DNA of 64,000 nucleotides from an uncultured Candidatus Peribacteria bacterium (GTDB lineage Bacteria; Patescibacteriota; Gracilibacteria; RBG-16-42-10): NCBI GenBank assembly GCA_964514565.1, contig CAZERA010000001.1, positions 124,001 to 188,000 of the forward strand, read 5' to 3'. Shown piece by piece: positions 62,226 to 64,000 of this stretch (position 1 is its first letter; each line of letters starts with the position of its first letter). The notes under the pieces were generated by a model. It saw only the letters and a program-made list of their open reading frames with translations, ran no database searches and was not told where the DNA came from. The position numbers and the translations under genes were made by a program.

Positions 62226-62657
62226 CTAGAAGGTAAGAGTGGTAGGTTGTTGGGCTTCGTATTTGTGGGTAGGACCTACTACTACTTTGAGACGGCTGAT
62301 CATATCATTTGCCAATCTGTTCTTAGGAAGCATGCGTTCTACAGCATCACTAATGACACGCTCTGGATTCTTTTTGAGAATGTCTTTCAGAGGTTCTTCA
62401 TAAAGATTACCCATGTACTGGCTATGATTGTAGTACATTTTGTCTGTGAGCTTCTTGCCAGTTACTTTGATCTTTTCACAGTTGATTACGATAACGTAAT
62501 CGCCATGAGAAGCATGAGGAGTAAACTGAGCTCGATGCTTACCGCGTAGTACCAAAGCAATACGGCTAGCTAGACGTCCCAAGATTTGACCTTCAGCGTC
62601 TACTACATGCCAAGTAGCTGTAGTGGTGTGTGATTTGATGACAGATGTCTTTTTCAT
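62226..62657 (-). CDS. rplM: 50S ribosomal protein L13
   Basis: WHVVDA, LGRLAS, GDYVIVIN, MLPKN. Confidence 0.99.
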   Translation of the reverse strand: MKKTSVIKSHTTTATWHVVDAEGQILGRLASRIALVLRGKHRAQFTPHASHGDYVIVINCEKIKVTGKKLTDKMYYNHSQYMGNLYEEPLKDILKKNPERVISDAVERMLPKNRLANDMISRLKVVVGPTHKYEAQQPTTLTF

Positions 62658-62671
62658 ACTATTAACAAAAT

Positions 62672-63028
62672 TTAAGAAACGAAAGCTACCTCGATTTGAG
62701 GAGCAGCATCGCTAACGCGAGGCAAACGATTGTGCAAGCTAACAAAACCTGAATTGCGATCAGTATAACGAGCCTTCAAAGTCTGAAGCATCTTTTTGGT
62801 TGCTTCTTCATCAAAGAACACTTCATTGAGCTTACGAGCTGCTGTGACTAGATCATCCTGCTTAGCAATAGTTACAAGCTTCTCAATATAAGGCTTGAGT
62901 ACACGTGCTTTTGCAGCTGTTGTGACAATTTTCTCATGGAGTACAAGAGAAGTTGCGAGATTACGAAGCAATGACTTTTTAGCTTTGCTTGGTCTACTGA
63001 GTAGATTTCTTTTTCGATTGTGACGCAT
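62672..63028 (-). CDS. rplQ: 50S ribosomal protein L17
   Basis: MRH, LRNLATSLVLHEKIVTT. Confidence 0.98.
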   Translation of the reverse strand: MRHNRKRNLLSRPSKAKKSLLRNLATSLVLHEKIVTTAAKARVLKPYIEKLVTIAKQDDLVTAARKLNEVFFDEEATKKMLQTLKARYTDRNSGFVSLHNRLPRVSDAAPQIEVAFVS

Positions 63029-63037
63029 AACAATTAA

Positions 63038-63970
63038 TTATTCACTTAAATGTAAATCCATTTTCTGGAGAGCTTTGACCACCTCAGTGATACCCTTTTT
63101 GCCAAAGCCACGGAGATTTGTGAGTTGTTTCTCTGTGTAGGTCAAAAGTTCTTCTACAGAACCAATGCCATTGTTGATCAAAGCGTTTTCAGCTCTTTGA
63201 GAGATCTTTAAAGCTTCAATCGGGGTATACTTCTTCTCATGCTTAGGCTCACTTTTTGCTACTTTCTCGCTACTTTCTTTCTTAGTAGTAGGAACATCAG
63301 CATCAAAGAGAGTCATGTATTGGCGCAAAATACGAGCGCTCATACTTACTACTTCTTGAGGAGAGATAGTACCATCAGTAGCGATCTCCACATCCAAGCG
63401 ATCCAAGTCAGTCATTTGGCCAACACGAGTGTTGGTGACTTCATAACGCACTTTACTGATTGGAGAATACAATGCATCAACTGCAATCATTTCTGCCTCT
63501 AGCTCACGTTTGTCACGGAGATTACTTGGTAAGTAACCAATACCGTTTTCTACTTTAAGTTCCATCTCAATACTATGGCCTTTTTCGAGAGTACAGATTA
63601 CTAAATCTGGATTAACGATTTCTACTTCTGAAGGAGCTTTGATTTGTGCTGCTGTGATCTTACCCTCTTTGTTTGCTTTGAGAGTAAGAGAAGCGCTGCC
63701 ACTTGAAGTTTTTTTGATACGAAGCAATTTGAGATTGAGGATGATATCAATCATACCTTCTTTGACACCAGGGAGAGTAGTAAATTCATGAGTAACCCCT
63801 TTGATTTTCACAGCTGTTACTGCAGCACCAGGAATAGAAGATAAAATAATTCTTCTGAGGGAATTACCAAGTGTCATACCATATCCAGGTGGCAATGGAG
63901 TGATCGTAATTAAACTACGATTGTCTCCGAGAGATTGGTTGGTAACTTTGGTAAGTTCGAAGTTAATCAT
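63038..63970 (-). CDS. rpoA: RNA polymerase alpha subunit
   Basis: GYGMTLGNSLRRI, HEF, VDALYSPI, alpha-CTD NLRGFGKK. Confidence 0.99.
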   Translation of the reverse strand: MINFELTKVTNQSLGDNRSLITITPLPPGYGMTLGNSLRRIILSSIPGAAVTAVKIKGVTHEFTTLPGVKEGMIDIILNLKLLRIKKTSSGSASLTLKANKEGKITAAQIKAPSEVEIVNPDLVICTLEKGHSIEMELKVENGIGYLPSNLRDKRELEAEMIAVDALYSPISKVRYEVTNTRVGQMTDLDRLDVEIATDGTISPQEVVSMSARILRQYMTLFDADVPTTKKESSEKVAKSEPKHEKKYTPIEALKISQRAENALINNGIGSVEELLTYTEKQLTNLRGFGKKGITEVVKALQKMDLHLSE

Positions 63971-64000
63971 GTGTAGAGCAGGTAAAGAAATATACTAACG

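Overview
AT-rich, densely coding bacterial window in standard genetic code 11. The gene set and the lack of Shine-Dalgarno motifs suggest a Patescibacteria/CPR organism (inference). It is mostly housekeeping genes: secDF, ssb, gyrA, groES-groEL, rny, ndk, comM, alr-ddl, recR, ybaB, ruvC, rlmN, lgt, trpS, recA, clpC, mnmA, rsmA-queA and rpoA-rplQ-rplM-rpsI. These are interspersed with surface and secreted proteins. I saw no rRNA, tRNA, CRISPR array, integrase or transposase. Main signals: (1) Three orphan exported proteins (9788, 16068, 25343) have predicted exported parts almost free of lysine, share an R-x-S-[FL] motif before the hydrophobic segment, and show Myxococcota-like features; two share an identical 13-bp promoter core. 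They are a candidate host-directed or host-mimicking protein set. (2) A dispersed family of intergenic elements has inverted 7-bp-periodic arms; two supply or overlap gene stop codons. (3) SecDF carries two parvulin domains, and a separate lipoprotein copies that SecD P1 domain. (4) There is an amidase-SpoIID fusion. (5) There is an Lrp-like/EgtD-like fusion. (6) Ddl, a response regulator, RNase Y and the GyrA QRDR carry unusual key residues. Family calls come from motif recognition by eye; no searches were run.
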